NCBI RefSeq assembly: GCF_041146345.1
Contig: NW_027191415.1
Coordinates: forward strand, 124,001-188,000
From: Neodothiora populina
Lineage: Eukaryota
DNA: 64,000 nt
Direction of reading: 5' to 3'
Below are positions 24,365 to 37,323 of this stretch, piece after piece; the first letter of the stretch is position 1; each line of letters opens with the position of its first letter. Both the position numbers and the translations under genes were made by a program. A model generated the notes under the pieces. The model saw only the letters and a program-made list of their open reading frames with translations. It had not been told where the DNA came from and made no database searches.

Positions 24365-25569
24365 ATGGCGTAAGTCTCACCTTCATGTACTGTGTTCAGG
24401 ATAAACTTCGATACCGTGTGTGAAGTGGAGAAAGCTGGGCCGGTACTCTTGTCCGGACCACTCTCTTTCTGCATACATCCTAAAGACAACGTACTGCCGC
24501 TGTCTTCATGTCACTAGATGCCACATGTCTTATTACCACGGCACTTCGCTGACGTGGCAAAGCAACAATTCCACTCAGAACTCGAGGGAGCGCAATATCC
24601 AGCCGCAGAATAGCCAGGCGCTCTCGCTGCCCCCGAGTCAGCTCTCAATCCCACCGGGAATCACAATACCACCATCTTATAGCAACCCGTATCAGCATTC
24701 GCCGTATCCGGCGAATCCATCTCCCTTCGCCTTCCCATCTCATCAGGGCCTGTCGCACCAGAATCCGTTCGGACAGCACAACTCGATATCTCAGTCGCAG
24801 TCATCTAACGCTCATGTTCCCCAGTCTCCTGGTCTGCACAATCCGCGCAAGAGGAGCATCACCGAGCTTGACAGCGCATCCACCTTGAGCTCGAACTATC
24901 CGCTTGATCATCACGGTCTTTTCAGTCCCACTGACTCCGCCAAAGGTATTCACGGCAATACCTACGGCATAGCTGGTCCCTCGTCCGCGGCTGGCCCATC
25001 TGGAGCGGAGCCTCTTCCTCAAGGAGGTGAAACCAGCGCGACCCCAAAGCCTAAGAAGGGTCGCACAAACACCCCATGGACGCCCGCCGAAGAGCACAGG
25101 CTCAAGGTTATGCGCGACGCTGGCAACAGCTGGAGTGAAATTGCCAAAACCTTTCCCACCAGGACCGAAGGCAGCGTGAAGAAGCATTGGTACAAGGTAT
25201 GTTGACTTCCCCATCACCCCATTATGGCGACAACGCCATGGTTTTGCCGGTTCCCACTAATAATTATTCTTACTCAGGACATGCACTATGCGGAGTTTGC
25301 TGAAGACGAGGTCAGCCATTTCGTTCGCCTCTCCACACCGTGGTGGTGTGCGCATTTCACTGACATCTTCACAGAGTGCTGCATTGCTCGCCGCCATCAA
25401 AGAGTACGAATCAAGCAAGTGGAAGGTCATTGGGCAGAAAGTTGGCAAACCGGCAAAGGTGAGGAACCTCTCCAGCAGCAGCATTGCAAGAAGCCTGAGA
25501 GCTCCAGACTGACTTTTAGCAAAGGCTTGTGAACAGTATGCCAAAGAACATTTTGGGACGAAAAGTTGA
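24365..25569 (+). CDS. Myb-like DNA-binding protein; join 24365..24369, 24563..25196, 25278..25310, 25375..25458, 25525..25569
   Basis: NTPWTPAEEHRLKVMRDAGNSWSEIAKTFPTRTEGSVKKHWYK|DMHYAEFAEDE|SAALLAAIKEYESSKWKVIGQKVGKPAK|ACEQYAKEHF; GT donors and CTRAY branch sites. The 5-nt first coding exon ATGGC is less certain. Confidence 0.88.
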
Positions 25570-28500
25570 GCAGCGCGGTGAAGCTGTAATGATCAAGTAA
25601 TTGGAGAACTTTTTGCGGACCATGAATATCGCACTGGAACTACAAAACTTACCTGGTCGAGGCTTTGTCTCTTTCGCCCGCGCATTTCAGCAAAAGCCAT
25701 CGAGAACCAGCCATACACAGCATCTTCGCCTCTGACGCGTAGTCGCATCATCTTATCAACCTTTGGACGCGTTTTCGTACGATTTTTATCACGTCTCTTT
25801 CTCGCACTGTCGCACAGATATCGTTACGGCTGATGGATGGACTTTCACTTGATGGAAAATTGCGAGGATACCACTTATGTGAAGCATTCTCCTTCTCTTG
25901 CACTTGCTATGGGAGAGGTATGCTCACGAATCATGTTACGTTAGGCGCATTGGGATCACAGTTTGCACGGCGTATGGACCGTCCATTACGAAAAGGTCTG
26001 TGAATTGGCAAAGGTACTTTCGTATTCATGAATCTCATATGCAAAGTGCTCTTTGCACTCCAGACACCTCATGTTCTGCTCGGCATCATACTCAGTGACC
26101 TCGAGCCAGCCGTGGGATCTTTGTTCTTTGTCCTCAAGCTCACTCTTGAAGTATCCTTGTATAGATTCTGACTGCTGGACGAGCGGCGTTCCCCCCTTGG
26201 CCATAAGTCGACGAGATCTAGTTCTTACCGCAGCTCAGTCTTCTAAACCGATAGCTCTCACACTCACAAAATGCGTTAACGAGAGCTGCAGCAATGGGTA
26301 GAGCCTCTGATCAGTTCTGAGCGCATGAATCCTTCCTCGGCAACGGCTGGGAGCTGAGGGCTAGCAGCGATCACACCGGGTTTTAGTGTTGCGCCGCTTC
26401 GTCTACTAGCAGCCAACCCAAGCTCGTCCCTGGAGAGAGTTTCGGCGCCTAACCAACGCGTGTGTGTCGCAGCGCGGTTCAGGAGCAATGGTACCTCGGA
26501 GACCTCGTTACCATGGAATTGTTTCTAGGATTGTATCTCTCGCACGTAGTAATATCTTGCTTAGCAACGTTACTGATCCAACGCTGTGTTCAGCCTTATG
26601 AATGCTTGGCTACATTGCCTGCCTGTTGTGTAAATGTGCTGTGCCCTTTTGTGGACGCTAGCCAAATTGGTGCGGCTCTCATTATGCGCGTGTCCAAGCT
26701 CCGCCAATCACTTTTCCTGTTAAAATGCAACCATGCAGCGAGGTTCGTCCTCCAGCCATCTAAGAGTCCTCTAGGGGCTCTCTAGGGGGACCATAAGTCA
26801 AACATTTTAGGCCAGGATTGGAAGGCATAATGAGCTATGAGGGCCATTGTTGCATCTAACTGGCCGCGCCACCACATGCTCATATTTGTACGCCACCATC
26901 GACCACTACGGCTATTCTTTTACAGCCTTACGATCGCCGCGCGTTCATTGCTTTTGTCCAAACGCGCAGCCACCAAAAGGTAGCGGCAGCCTTGAATTGT
27001 TTATGCATCATTCTGCCCTTTCCACCTCGAGGGTTGGAGCTACCCACGATTACTCTACGAAATCCGGCAGACACGTTTTCACGGCGAAACGCGTTCTTTT
27101 TGTGATGGGTCGGTTCAAGCTAAAGAAGCAGTGCATTAACACATGCTCAGCGTACACGCGATGATCCCAGGCACATGCCCTTCAAGCACGTGCTCAGACT
27201 TGATGAACCGAAATGCTGCATGTGCAAGCGCATGCAACGTTGTTTGCAAAGTCTGGCGCATCAAGAAGCCGACTTTTTTTCACGTCGCCTTCGATTTCCT
27301 GGAGGAATACGGGGTGCTACTGGAGCTGGGGCTACCTGTACCGATGCTGGAGAATGAAAGGCTCGGGTACAATGACTCGTCAACGCGACAAACTCGCGCT
27401 ATCGCCAATTAAGGCCCTAGCAGATCGGGAATGCTCCATGGCGCTTGCACTCGTCCCTGCGTCCCTGCGGGCTTGTTTGAGTCATGTGCAATCAAGTTCG
27501 TCTCCACACTCAAGTCGGCGTTCACAACAAATGGACAGTGCTAGAAGCCGATGCACATACAAACAACATCCTGCCGTCCCAGAATTGCTAATAATTTGCT
27601 TACCTGATTCGGGTAACATGACGGCCATGTCCTCGAGCGCCACTCTCAAGGATTAACTCGTATCCATATTCAGAACTGTGTAGCGATAACCCGGAGTACA
27701 TTCCGTCTGTTGATATGCATCTTGAAAAGTGTAAGACTCTCTAGATGCAGCTGGTTGATCACTACTGGAATCTAGTTGCAATACCGAAAGTGCTGCCGAT
27801 TACCGAAACCGAAAGGTGCAGATCCTTAGTATATGAAGGCTGTGATAGCCGTTGCTCAACTTGTGCTAGCCGAGCCAGTCGAGCCGAGTAGTCGTCTTGT
27901 CAGCCGAATGATTATTTTGTGGCTCAAGGAAATGATCTGGTCTAATGTTGGGAAATTGGGAAGCATCGAGACTTCACAGGATTACCATACATGCATGAGG
28001 AAACAAGTAACGGTTCTGATGGCTTAGCGCGATCTGAGATGATCCGCTTACCACTATACCATGCTCAAATGGAATGTCGATAATGGTCTGCCTGAGAAGC
28101 CCTAGAGTTGAGGTGCTTTAAGTTAGGGGACCAGTCATGCTTCCTGCAGGAGGAGTTGTGATCCAAGTACGTGATAAGAGATGTTTCGGGTTCACTCGGC
28201 TCCATCCCCACTAAATGCTCACGCGTCTCTGAAAATACATTGTGCACGTGGGGCCTCGAGGTGGTGAAAAACGATCATCATCAACACAAATGCCTCTGAT
28301 TTCAAGAGTGGTAAGGAATGACACCAAAGGAGCGCCAGCCCAACTGGGGTCGACAAGCTTGCAGGGATTCGAGGCGCGCGGACGTTGATATATGCTTCGC
28401 GCTCTTTGCTCGTTCATGGCATCGCTCGTGCACACAACAAGCGCAAAGCCGGTCGGTCAGGTCATTTTGGCCGATCCAATCTAGAGCCGCCTGTATGTCA

Positions 28501-29181
28501 TCGCAGAGCCTTGTCCTTTCCCTCAAGGCTTCAGTGCTTTCGCAAACCCGCCGTCCTTCTGCAGGGGGTTGGCGGGGGAAGGTCTCTCGCTAGACCCCGC
28601 GTTTTACCGATCGTAATCGTGACAGGCTCGTTCCACTGCAGCAGCCGCAGCAGCAGCAGCAGCACATAAGACACGTCCCGTGAAGAGAGACAGAAAAAGA
28701 AAAAGTGATATAAAGTTTGTATGAAGTTTCGCTCGTCGTATAGAGCAAACATGCGTCCTTCTGGACAGGGTACGAGTGTATCTTGATTGGTGGTAAAATT
28801 AATGAGTCCGCCACGTCCTGGGACGAAGACAAGACACTTCCGGGTGACGACTCTAATTTGAGTCGTACTGTGTCCCTTCCCAAAACGCCATTTCCCCAGA
28901 GACCATTTATCCACTATGTTGCGGCTTGTGTAGCTCTTACACTATACCAGTGCATGAAAGATGCGGTCGAGCATGATAAGGATATATAGGACATCTCCAC
29001 TCTCTCCGCAGTATGAATCGTAGAGGTAGTGTCAATACTGCCTGCCTAATCTCGCTAGTGTCTTTGTTATTCATCACACTCGCATGAATATATTACACGG
29101 AAAATAATGCTTCATGCTGCAGGGGGAGATTCAGACGAATGCTGGAGTTACTCTAGGAGCATCCTTACATCGGTCGAAGGT

Positions 29182-30550
29182 TCATGATGTCGTTGGACTC
29201 AATGTTATCAAGTCTCGCGTAGGCTCGTCGAAAACCCCCCACTCCCCGTCGAAGATCACCGAAATCTCGTTCTCTTGGAGCAAACCTATGAAATCTCGAT
29301 TGCTCTCGCAGTCCAGTGGATGATACCTCCACTTGTTGGTTTTGTACGGATCTATCCTGACATCACCGTTGTTGTAAAGTGAGAGCTCATGAAACTCTGG
29401 AAAATAGCTCGACTTATGTGGTGCAAGGCCAGAAAGCCAGGAGAAGAGTTCTTTTATCTCAGCTGTAGGTTCAAGAGTGTCGTCACTAGTGTTGGTGCAC
29501 CAGGACCATAAGAAATCAACTTCGACTTAAAAGCCTAATTTCTGCAGACTGTTAGGAAGAATTGTATATATCGGCGGTGGTACAGTATAATCTTCTTTCG
29601 CTTCCTCATAGTCCTGGAACTCCATAATGGCTGGCAGAGGTAGATGGAGCCGGCGTAATCTGTGAAAAGGCTAAAAAAATTCTCGTTACGGAGGGGTGGG
29701 TCGATTTCCAATGGGCCTCCGTCAGTGAACAGTTTGATTTGGAGATCTTGAAGACTATCGTGTAGATGCGACAAAGTGTTAACCACTTCAGTAATATCGA
29801 ACCACTCTGCTCTCTGCAGCATGTAGTGGTGACAGATATCAATTTCGATATGAAGCACCGCCAGATCTCTGGGCCACTGGAGGAGAGGGTTCATCTCTTT
29901 AGTGACCGCCGTACACATATAGAACTCGAGATGTGTCACATTCGAAATTCCCGGTTGATTATACATTACGGGGACCTTGGCAAGCATATCAAGCATGGCG
30001 AAAAGGCCCAGATGAGTTACAGTCGGTATCTGGAAGATCCCTAGTAGTCTGCCAAAGTCCGGCGGGTCGAATTCGTTGAGCATGGGTATCCATAACGACG
30101 TGACACCAGGCACCATCCAAGGCAACGAAGACTGCTGACGGGGTAGAAAAAGTTGAAGTGTGCGTAATTTGCGGGATTCAGAAAGGAGTTTTGCTGTATC
30201 TCCAAGGATGTCCTCGAGCTGCTGATTTCTTGTATGGGCCATTTGCAACGATCGGAGATATCGAATACGTAGTCGTAATGCCATCCTAGGTTGACTTCGC
30301 GTACGCAGTTCCTCCAGCTAGCGGAGCTTTTCAAGCTTCGCTGTAACATGGTCAAATCTCGCACAAAAGTGCCAGTCTGCGAGTAACATGTACCAAAGCC
30401 ATCCCAGAAGATTGAATGATATAGAGCTACTTGGGCTTCTCCGTAGCATAGATGCGAGACGAGTGCGAGGCTTTTGAGGTTCGTCGTTGTGCATTATCGC
30501 ATAATCTCTGCCCATATTTCCGAGGGTAAATGCACGCTGTAGGCAACCAT
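29182..30550 (-). pseudogene. Disrupted tandem paralog of the adjacent F-box-like gene
   Basis: Colinear with the 31042..32406 product (LPSEIW/LPLEIW, IFWDG/IIWDG, LLSES, FQIPTV, LHLPLP, ELFSWL, PLDCE). Stops TAA 30496-30494 and 29529-29527; frameshifts ~30250 and ~29675 (homopolymer run). Confidence 0.88.
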
Positions 30551-31041
30551 GCCAAGAGCGATAAGAGCTTGCCTACTTGAGAGATGAGCGGTGCCCATGC
30601 GACTTATGTCCACTGATGTATCTGTGGTCCGGTAAAGTGCTTGCGAATGGTGAGCTCACTCCTATTGGACCAAGTAAAACTGACACCACCTGTCGCCACA
30701 ACGCGCGCGCTTGCTTAGGATACCACTGTATAATGCAGCTCTTGAGGGATTATGATCAGTTCCTGCTGCAATCATTAGCGCCAAACAGAAGAGTGTACTC
30801 TAGAGGATCCAACCAAGGTAAGCTCAAGCTTACTGTCCGATCAGAATAGTATCTTCTAATTATATCTACACTCGAAACGATGATAATGTTCGCAGGATAT
30901 GACCGCAATGTATGTTGACTGACTTTACCTTGAAACACAGAAACGACAGATATGATGGGTATTTGATTCCTTGCTGTGCGAGTTGTATATCATGGGAGTC
31001 CTGTTTCCATACCCCTTCGATCTAAAGTGCACCTCTTGGAA

Positions 31042-32406
31042 TCAGCCCCGGTATAGTCCTTTCCGCCTGGCTTCGGAGTCAATTTCTGCTTCTCCATTGA
31101 TGACAATCGAAATGCCACTCTTCTCGAAAGCTTCGAGAAAGTCCCGAGTATGTTCACAGTCCAATGGTAGGAAATCACGGGCGTCGTAAGGCTGGCTGTA
31201 TCTACTTGTCTTGGGCGGATCATCTGGGTCACCAGTCCACAGTGAGAGTCTCTTGAAACTTATGAAACAAGTACCTTTGTGTTCTGCAAGTCCAGTGAGC
31301 CAGGAAAAAAGCTCTCGCATCCCATCACTAGGCACAGCAGCTGTCCAACTAACTTCATCGGGGTAACCTTGCCATTGAACATCTTCCTCAAGCTGTAGGG
31401 TAAGCTCTTGTAAGCTACGAGGAAACCGGAGATGTATAGGTGGAGCGATGTCATATTCCTCTACTGGGTGTGAAGCATCGTAGAACTCCATGAGCGTAGG
31501 AAGCGGCAAATGTAGCTGCTGAAGCTTTACGCACGATCGATATTCGCCTTGAAGTGGCTCACCAACGGACATACCGCCCCCTCCGTGATATATCTGAAGA
31601 CGGAACTCCTGGAGAGTGTCTCTCACAGGCCATAGAGCATTGAGCGTCTGAGAGATATCAAAGTAACCTCCATCATACACCCATCGATAGAGATCCACGC
31701 CAAAATAGAGTACTTCGAGATTCTTTGGCCATGCAAGCAGGTCTGAGATCTCTTTGTCGACTGGGCCACAAGCTTCAAAGATAAGCTGTGTTACGTTGGA
31801 AGATCTTGGTAGACGGCAATCTTCCGGAATGACATAGTTGAGCCGGAGCATACACGACAGCTCGATCTTTTTAACAGTAGGAATCTGGAATAGCTTCAAC
31901 AGACCGTGAAAGTCCTGATTGTGCTCTTCGTCGCACATAGGTATTGACAATGAGGTTAAGTGTGGTATGTCGTAGGGTAACGAAGAGTAAAGTTGAGAGA
32001 TGGCAATACAAATGTCCTCTATCTCGGTAGACTCTGACAGAAGGCTTGCCGTCTCTCTGAGCGTATCGTCGATTTTTTTATTTGCAGCAACTGGAAATGG
32101 GTCCTGTGAAGTGGCGATAAAAGTCCACCGATATTGCCATCCCATATCAATCTCATGGACGATAGATCGCCACTCTTCCGACTCGAGGAGGTACTGTAGT
32201 AGCAATTCCAGATTCCGCACTCGAGTGCCAGCCTTTGTACGATACTCACCATAGCCATCCCAAATTATCGACTGGCAGAGCTGTCTTCTCGCCTCGTAAT
32301 ATGTTCCCTGACATACGCTAGCGAGGATCTTGAGTACACCTGTAGAACAGTGTTCCACTATCGCGGACCATATCTCAAGAGGGAGAATCCCAGTGGAGCC
32401 TGCCAT
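31042..32406 (-). CDS. F-box-like protein with an LRR-like C-terminal region, intronless
   Basis: N-terminal LPLEIWSAIVEHCSTGVLKILASVCQ fits the F-box pattern, followed by LxxLxL repeats (LTSLSI, LEVLYF, LQEFRL, LQQLHL, LQELTL). Confidence 0.78.
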   Translation of the reverse strand: MAGSTGILPLEIWSAIVEHCSTGVLKILASVCQGTYYEARRQLCQSIIWDGYGEYRTKAGTRVRNLELLLQYLLESEEWRSIVHEIDMGWQYRWTFIATSQDPFPVAANKKIDDTLRETASLLSESTEIEDICIAISQLYSSLPYDIPHLTSLSIPMCDEEHNQDFHGLLKLFQIPTVKKIELSCMLRLNYVIPEDCRLPRSSNVTQLIFEACGPVDKEISDLLAWPKNLEVLYFGVDLYRWVYDGGYFDISQTLNALWPVRDTLQEFRLQIYHGGGGMSVGEPLQGEYRSCVKLQQLHLPLPTLMEFYDASHPVEEYDIAPPIHLRFPRSLQELTLQLEEDVQWQGYPDEVSWTAAVPSDGMRELFSWLTGLAEHKGTCFISFKRLSLWTGDPDDPPKTSRYSQPYDARDFLPLDCEHTRDFLEAFEKSGISIVINGEAEIDSEARRKGLYRG

Positions 32407-33155
32407 GCTTATTGGAAGATTCAGTTTGAGGAAGATGATTGAGGACAAAGATTTTGGGACACACGAGGCAGGTCTTAATAAAGTATTCCCCTACTTTGCG
32501 ATTGGAGACCTTTCCTCGGACTCAGCCGTGTTTTCATATTCACACAGTCTAAATTATCAAGTTGTTACGGTTGGCGCCCGCTTCAAAAGCAGCCAACATC
32601 TCATTACGCGCTGCACCTACAAAACAGCCCCACAAAACGACCCAATAACAATCTCGGACGCACCACCATCTTCCGCGCGCAAGTATGTTAAGGGGCTATG
32701 CTATGTACCATTTGTTGTTGTTCTCTCAATATAGTACAACAGAAGATAGCTCATGGCGTCGATACTCAGGAGAAATAGGGTGAGCATCAGGCTTTCTTGC
32801 CGAACACAACCCTTCATGCCTTATTCGTATCATCCAACCTCGTGATTGAGTGCCTGGGTTTCCGCGCTTACCAGCCTAGCGTAAGATGGCACGAATCAAG
32901 ATGAACTTGTCGACGCCAGGTATGCTTCACATTTAGGGTCAGTACGCGCCAGTAGGTAGGCATAGGAGAGCTTGACGTCGCTTGAAACCAAGTAGATTTT
33001 GGTCCCCTCAGATTGAACGACTATGCAGGAGTATTTATCATGGAATCGGCTGTTGTGAGGTATAAATGAAGACATATCTCTCGGTCACGATAATATATCG
33101 TTTTAATCATTTACGACGATTCAAGATATACCATGACCTGAATTTATTGAGTCAT

Positions 33156-36100
33156 ATGATGCTAGAGCTGATGCTTCGTCATGCTCTTTACCTGCTCATT
33201 TTGTTTTCGTTTGACACTTGTGCCTCGACCACTGCTCGGGATCAAGTCGCTGTAGGAATTCCTATCTACACCAATAGCAGTACTACTGGAACCGCGACGG
33301 TAGGGTCTTCGCTGGATCAGACGGACTACCATGTAGTCTCAGGATCGGTACTTCCCATGCCTCCAATGTCCATATTAGCCGATATGAAAAAAGTTTTCGC
33401 GTGTACAACACGACCTGACCATCTTTCTAGAATACAGCAAGCTCCTTTGCACTCCCTTCATCAACCTCCGCCTCTCAATCCTCCTCAAGATCGAAGACAG
33501 GCACAGGATCCAGCCTTGGACTGGCGATAGTCGTAACATATGCGTTCACTAATCGTCCTATAATTTCCCGCAATACGTCCACGTGGAGTTTCATGGAGAG
33601 CCATTCTGTACCCGTGACTTGACATCTATGACAAGTTGCTCCAGGACAAGCGGATTTGTCACGGTGACGATGACTTCGACATCTAGTACCCACCAGCATG
33701 ACGGCATGAATATGACACTGATTGGCTCTGGGTCTTATGAGAAGAGTTCTCAGACCTTGAGCAGTACAGACGCAGACTACCCTGCATCGCCTGCTACGAC
33801 TTTGGTCCCTCTGGTCCCTCAAATTACTTCCGGAAACAGTGCAGCAACAGTACTAGCGACTATTACTGCCAGCGCGGCATCTACGTCTACTCTAAGTAGT
33901 AAGTCAGGCATCATTCAAGACACGCATTTCAGTACCACCGACTCTAATGGCCGTCCGACGATCTTGCCCCTCTTGTGGGGTTGTAGTTTCTGTGGGGATG
34001 AGGGGATCGCACTATTTGGCTTTGGACCAGGACCAGGAGTATTCGCTTGGCCACCCGTGCCTGCCTTCTCTGGCCTGCCCCTGATGAGCCTGACAGTGAG
34101 AGTGATTCGTCTGTGATTTCCAGAACACAAGATTCACGGAAGACTACCACAAGTACTGAGCAGGAGAGATCTTCAGGCTCAACTTCGATACAGTCAAGCA
34201 CTTGTAGTACAATATCATCAACAGAGCAAATCTATGTTACATGTTATTCGGCAACCACACCGGTTCCGTCTGGCCTAGCGACGAGATGCCAGACTTCAAC
34301 ATCTACTGCCGTAGGTTGCCACCTCACAGCCACGACTTTGATGACCACTGTGTCCATAGCCTCGGGGTGTTGGCAGTATTCAGCTTCTGGCGATCACGTG
34401 CCTCAAAAACTTGATGACGACTATGATGATGATGATGATGAAGATGATGGTGGTGATGATGATGATGATGCGGATTTATGGGCCAGATCAAGGAGAAGTG
34501 GCCCCAGAGGAGTCAGCGAGAGGAACGTATCATCCCATAGCGCGCATAAGTCTCTTGCGAATGCCCAAGACTACTGTAAGTGGATTCTCACGGGAAACAG
34601 GTACACTACATTGACATGGCTCAGCTCTCACCCACAGTCGTCTCGCTCGCATGGCTAATAAAAATACCGTATTTGGAACATGTGCGCTCAAAGGACAATT
34701 ATCGATACCACCTTATACGACTCGAGGTGAAATTCAGAAAGATCGTCTGAAAGACTTTATTGAACAAGACCAGTGGCGGTACATGGTACATAGGAGAGAT
34801 TGCCCCGAGGCATCAGAGATCTATCACAACACAAAATTTCTCCGGGAACTCGATTTGAAGGCTATGACCAGCGTCCATGCTTGTAAGTATCTCAGAAAAG
34901 AACTTGAGCAAGCAAACCCAGCTATGCTCAATCCAGGAAGATCTTCATCACCGATTTTTGTTAGCAGGTCGCTGACCCAAGACATTTCAAAGATGAAAAT
35001 TCTTTGCCGAAACACTTTTTCAGCTGGATGTTCCGAGATGACCATCCTGCACAATGCACCGAATTCAATAGGCTCTTCTTGGAAACGCCTGATAGCAGAT
35101 ATCCTCGAGGCTGGACACGTAATGTCAAGGATCCCGTGGACTCTAAGAACCCCAACAAATCTCAACAGAGCAGATTGATGTCCTTGTACAATATGCTGCC
35201 CAATAAAATGAACAATCAATTTATCGGTGTTGACATGGTTGTCAATGGCATGAAAGGGTGCTTTTTCAATCCTGGTTTAGATGGCCTACCAAAAATAAAG
35301 TCAAGTGGTACGGTCGCAGATATCAAGAGTAATTTGGATCTGTGGAACCTGCTTGGGATGACCGTAGACTTTCTGACCAACTATGAAGCAGTCCATAGGA
35401 CATTTACTGACATTTAAAACCAGATCTATGGGGCACTCGTCAGGTTCGACGAGCTGTGGGACGGATGCGAAGATCCAATGAACCTGGCAGAGGTTGGTGA
35501 AGGCTTTGAAAACAACGTCTTGCTCGGCTGACAGCCTTTTCAGAGACTACCGTGAATTCATGAGAAGTCTTTTGGCAGATCACATTGCTTCAATACAGGC
35601 TCATGCTACACAGGTTTCAAGGTCCCTAGTCCAGTACGCAGTAACCACCGACGTCAGTGGTAGACTGAACAGCTATGGTCAAGCTATGTATTATATATAT
35701 TGCGGCAGCAGACATCGAACACAGAAAAGCTGATGGTCGTAGCAATAACTTGGAGCAGAGATATCCCCTTGGCAAGATGGCCTTCCCAACCGATCCATTT
35801 CTCCAATTTGCAGAAACGACAGCAGACATCATGAAACGCCAAGCAGCATGTACCCCAACCCAACCTCCAACGATGACAACAAGTACGGACAGCAGTACAC
35901 AAATGAGCTCATCAGTTTCGAACACGACTGTGCTCCCCGCAGGCACGACACCCGCCTCTAATGCTTCTGCGGCTTCAGCTGGAGCATGTGCGCTTTTAGC
36001 TGCATTCCAAGATGCAGCGTTAGCATCATCGGCTAGTGTCGCTTCCAGATCATCTGCCAATGCTGCCTCTCTCTCATCTGCAAGCGTCGCCTCGGCGGAT

Positions 36101-36796
36101 GCTCCTGCCAGTGAGGCTTCCATCGCCGTGTCAAGCGCCGCCTCTATCTCTCAAGCTAGTGTGGTTTCAATGTCTTCAGCCAATGTTGCATCTGATATAC
36201 TTGCGTCAGTAGCCTCTGCTGCTTCTGGAGCCTCAGTCGCATCAATTGCTTCGGCAGCCTCTCGGGCATCAGCAGTCTCGGTCGCGGCAACTGCAACACC
36301 AATTGCTCAATGCTATCTTTGGGACAATTGGAGTGTGGCTTATGCAATTGAGATCACTCCGATCAATGGCTGGACTCCCGACGGCGATTCCCTCAAAAAA
36401 GAACTAAGCGGCTGTAGCGTAATTTCCTCGTGGAACTTCGGGACATGGACAAACGGAACTCAATACGTGACATTTGATATCCTAACGATATCTAAAGCTG
36501 GATGCATTGAGCGGGCTATTCACAGTGCCGGTGGACCTTCTGGACTTTCCTGCCGGAAGATGGGCTACTACTTGAGTCACATGCTTAGTGAATATTCTGG
36601 TACCACTGATGAGGATGGTGCGAAGGCTACAGGAAACACTGCCGGGGGCCTGATAGGCGACACGAACGTCAAAACCCCAGGCTCGGAGAGTGTCCAGAAC
36701 TCGACGAACGCGAATCACGCATCTGGTGCTACGATGTGGGAGAAGCCAGTAGTATCGCCATCGGTACCCCCTATACGGAGTGCAAAGCGATACTGA
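33156..36796 (+). pseudogene. Large secreted modular protein (Ser/Thr stalks, Cys motifs, central HAYE domain, small C-terminal Cys module), apparently disrupted
   Basis: Signal-like MLRHALYLLILFSFDTCAS; same-strand fragments GCSFCG..GPGVF, TCST..C..CQT..GC, FGTC, SVHA|YE (intron 34883..34992), VNGMKG, GCIERAIHSAGGP. Frame breaks near 33619, 34100 and ~35700-35750; stop TAA 35415-35417. Confidence 0.65.
34412..34469 (+). repeat. (GAT)n-rich tract encoding poly-Asp
   Basis: gatgacgactatgatgatgatgatgatgaagatgatggtggtgatgatgatgatgat. Confidence 0.85.
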
Positions 36797-37323
36797 TGGT
36801 GTCATGGAATGTGGGGCAAGGATTCCTTGATAAAGGAGGGGCGGCTGTGGAGGATCTCTTGATCACTAATCTATTCTTGCTGGTTTTCCAATTTTTGCTA
36901 TTGGGTGGACTATGAATGTTACAGTTTGGCTAATAGTGGAGAGTATGCACATGGAATTCCAAGCTTCGCAGCATAGTGCGAACCTTTCTCCGTGCCGGCC
37001 TTCGCTAGAGGCACATATTGGTATCACTATACTGTATCAATTTGGAACACCGCCGAGATTTGTCTCGAAAATTTCTATGCACTGTCAACTCAAGAGGAGA
37101 CGACAATCTGCCTACTGGATCAGTTGCTCGTGCGGTCCAGGATTTTTTGTTTCCTCTATCCTGGGCATGAGAATATCGGGGACCACAGACAATAATTGAC
37201 AGGGCATAATCCTTAAACGCCACAAACACCTTGCCCTCACAAGCCCTACACGTAAGCACAAGCACGAAGCACAAGGTATCAGACAAAAGGAGAAAGTGAT
37301 AGTGAAGAGAGCAAAAACAAAAA

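Noticed and set aside
27143..27412. VCKVWR resembling the end of an F-box motif
   Set aside because: The upstream LP..I part of the motif is missing; likely coincidence.
28590..28883. MCCCCCCGCC metallothionein-like peptide on the minus strand
   Set aside because: Explained by a (GCA)n microsatellite that gives homopolymers in every frame.
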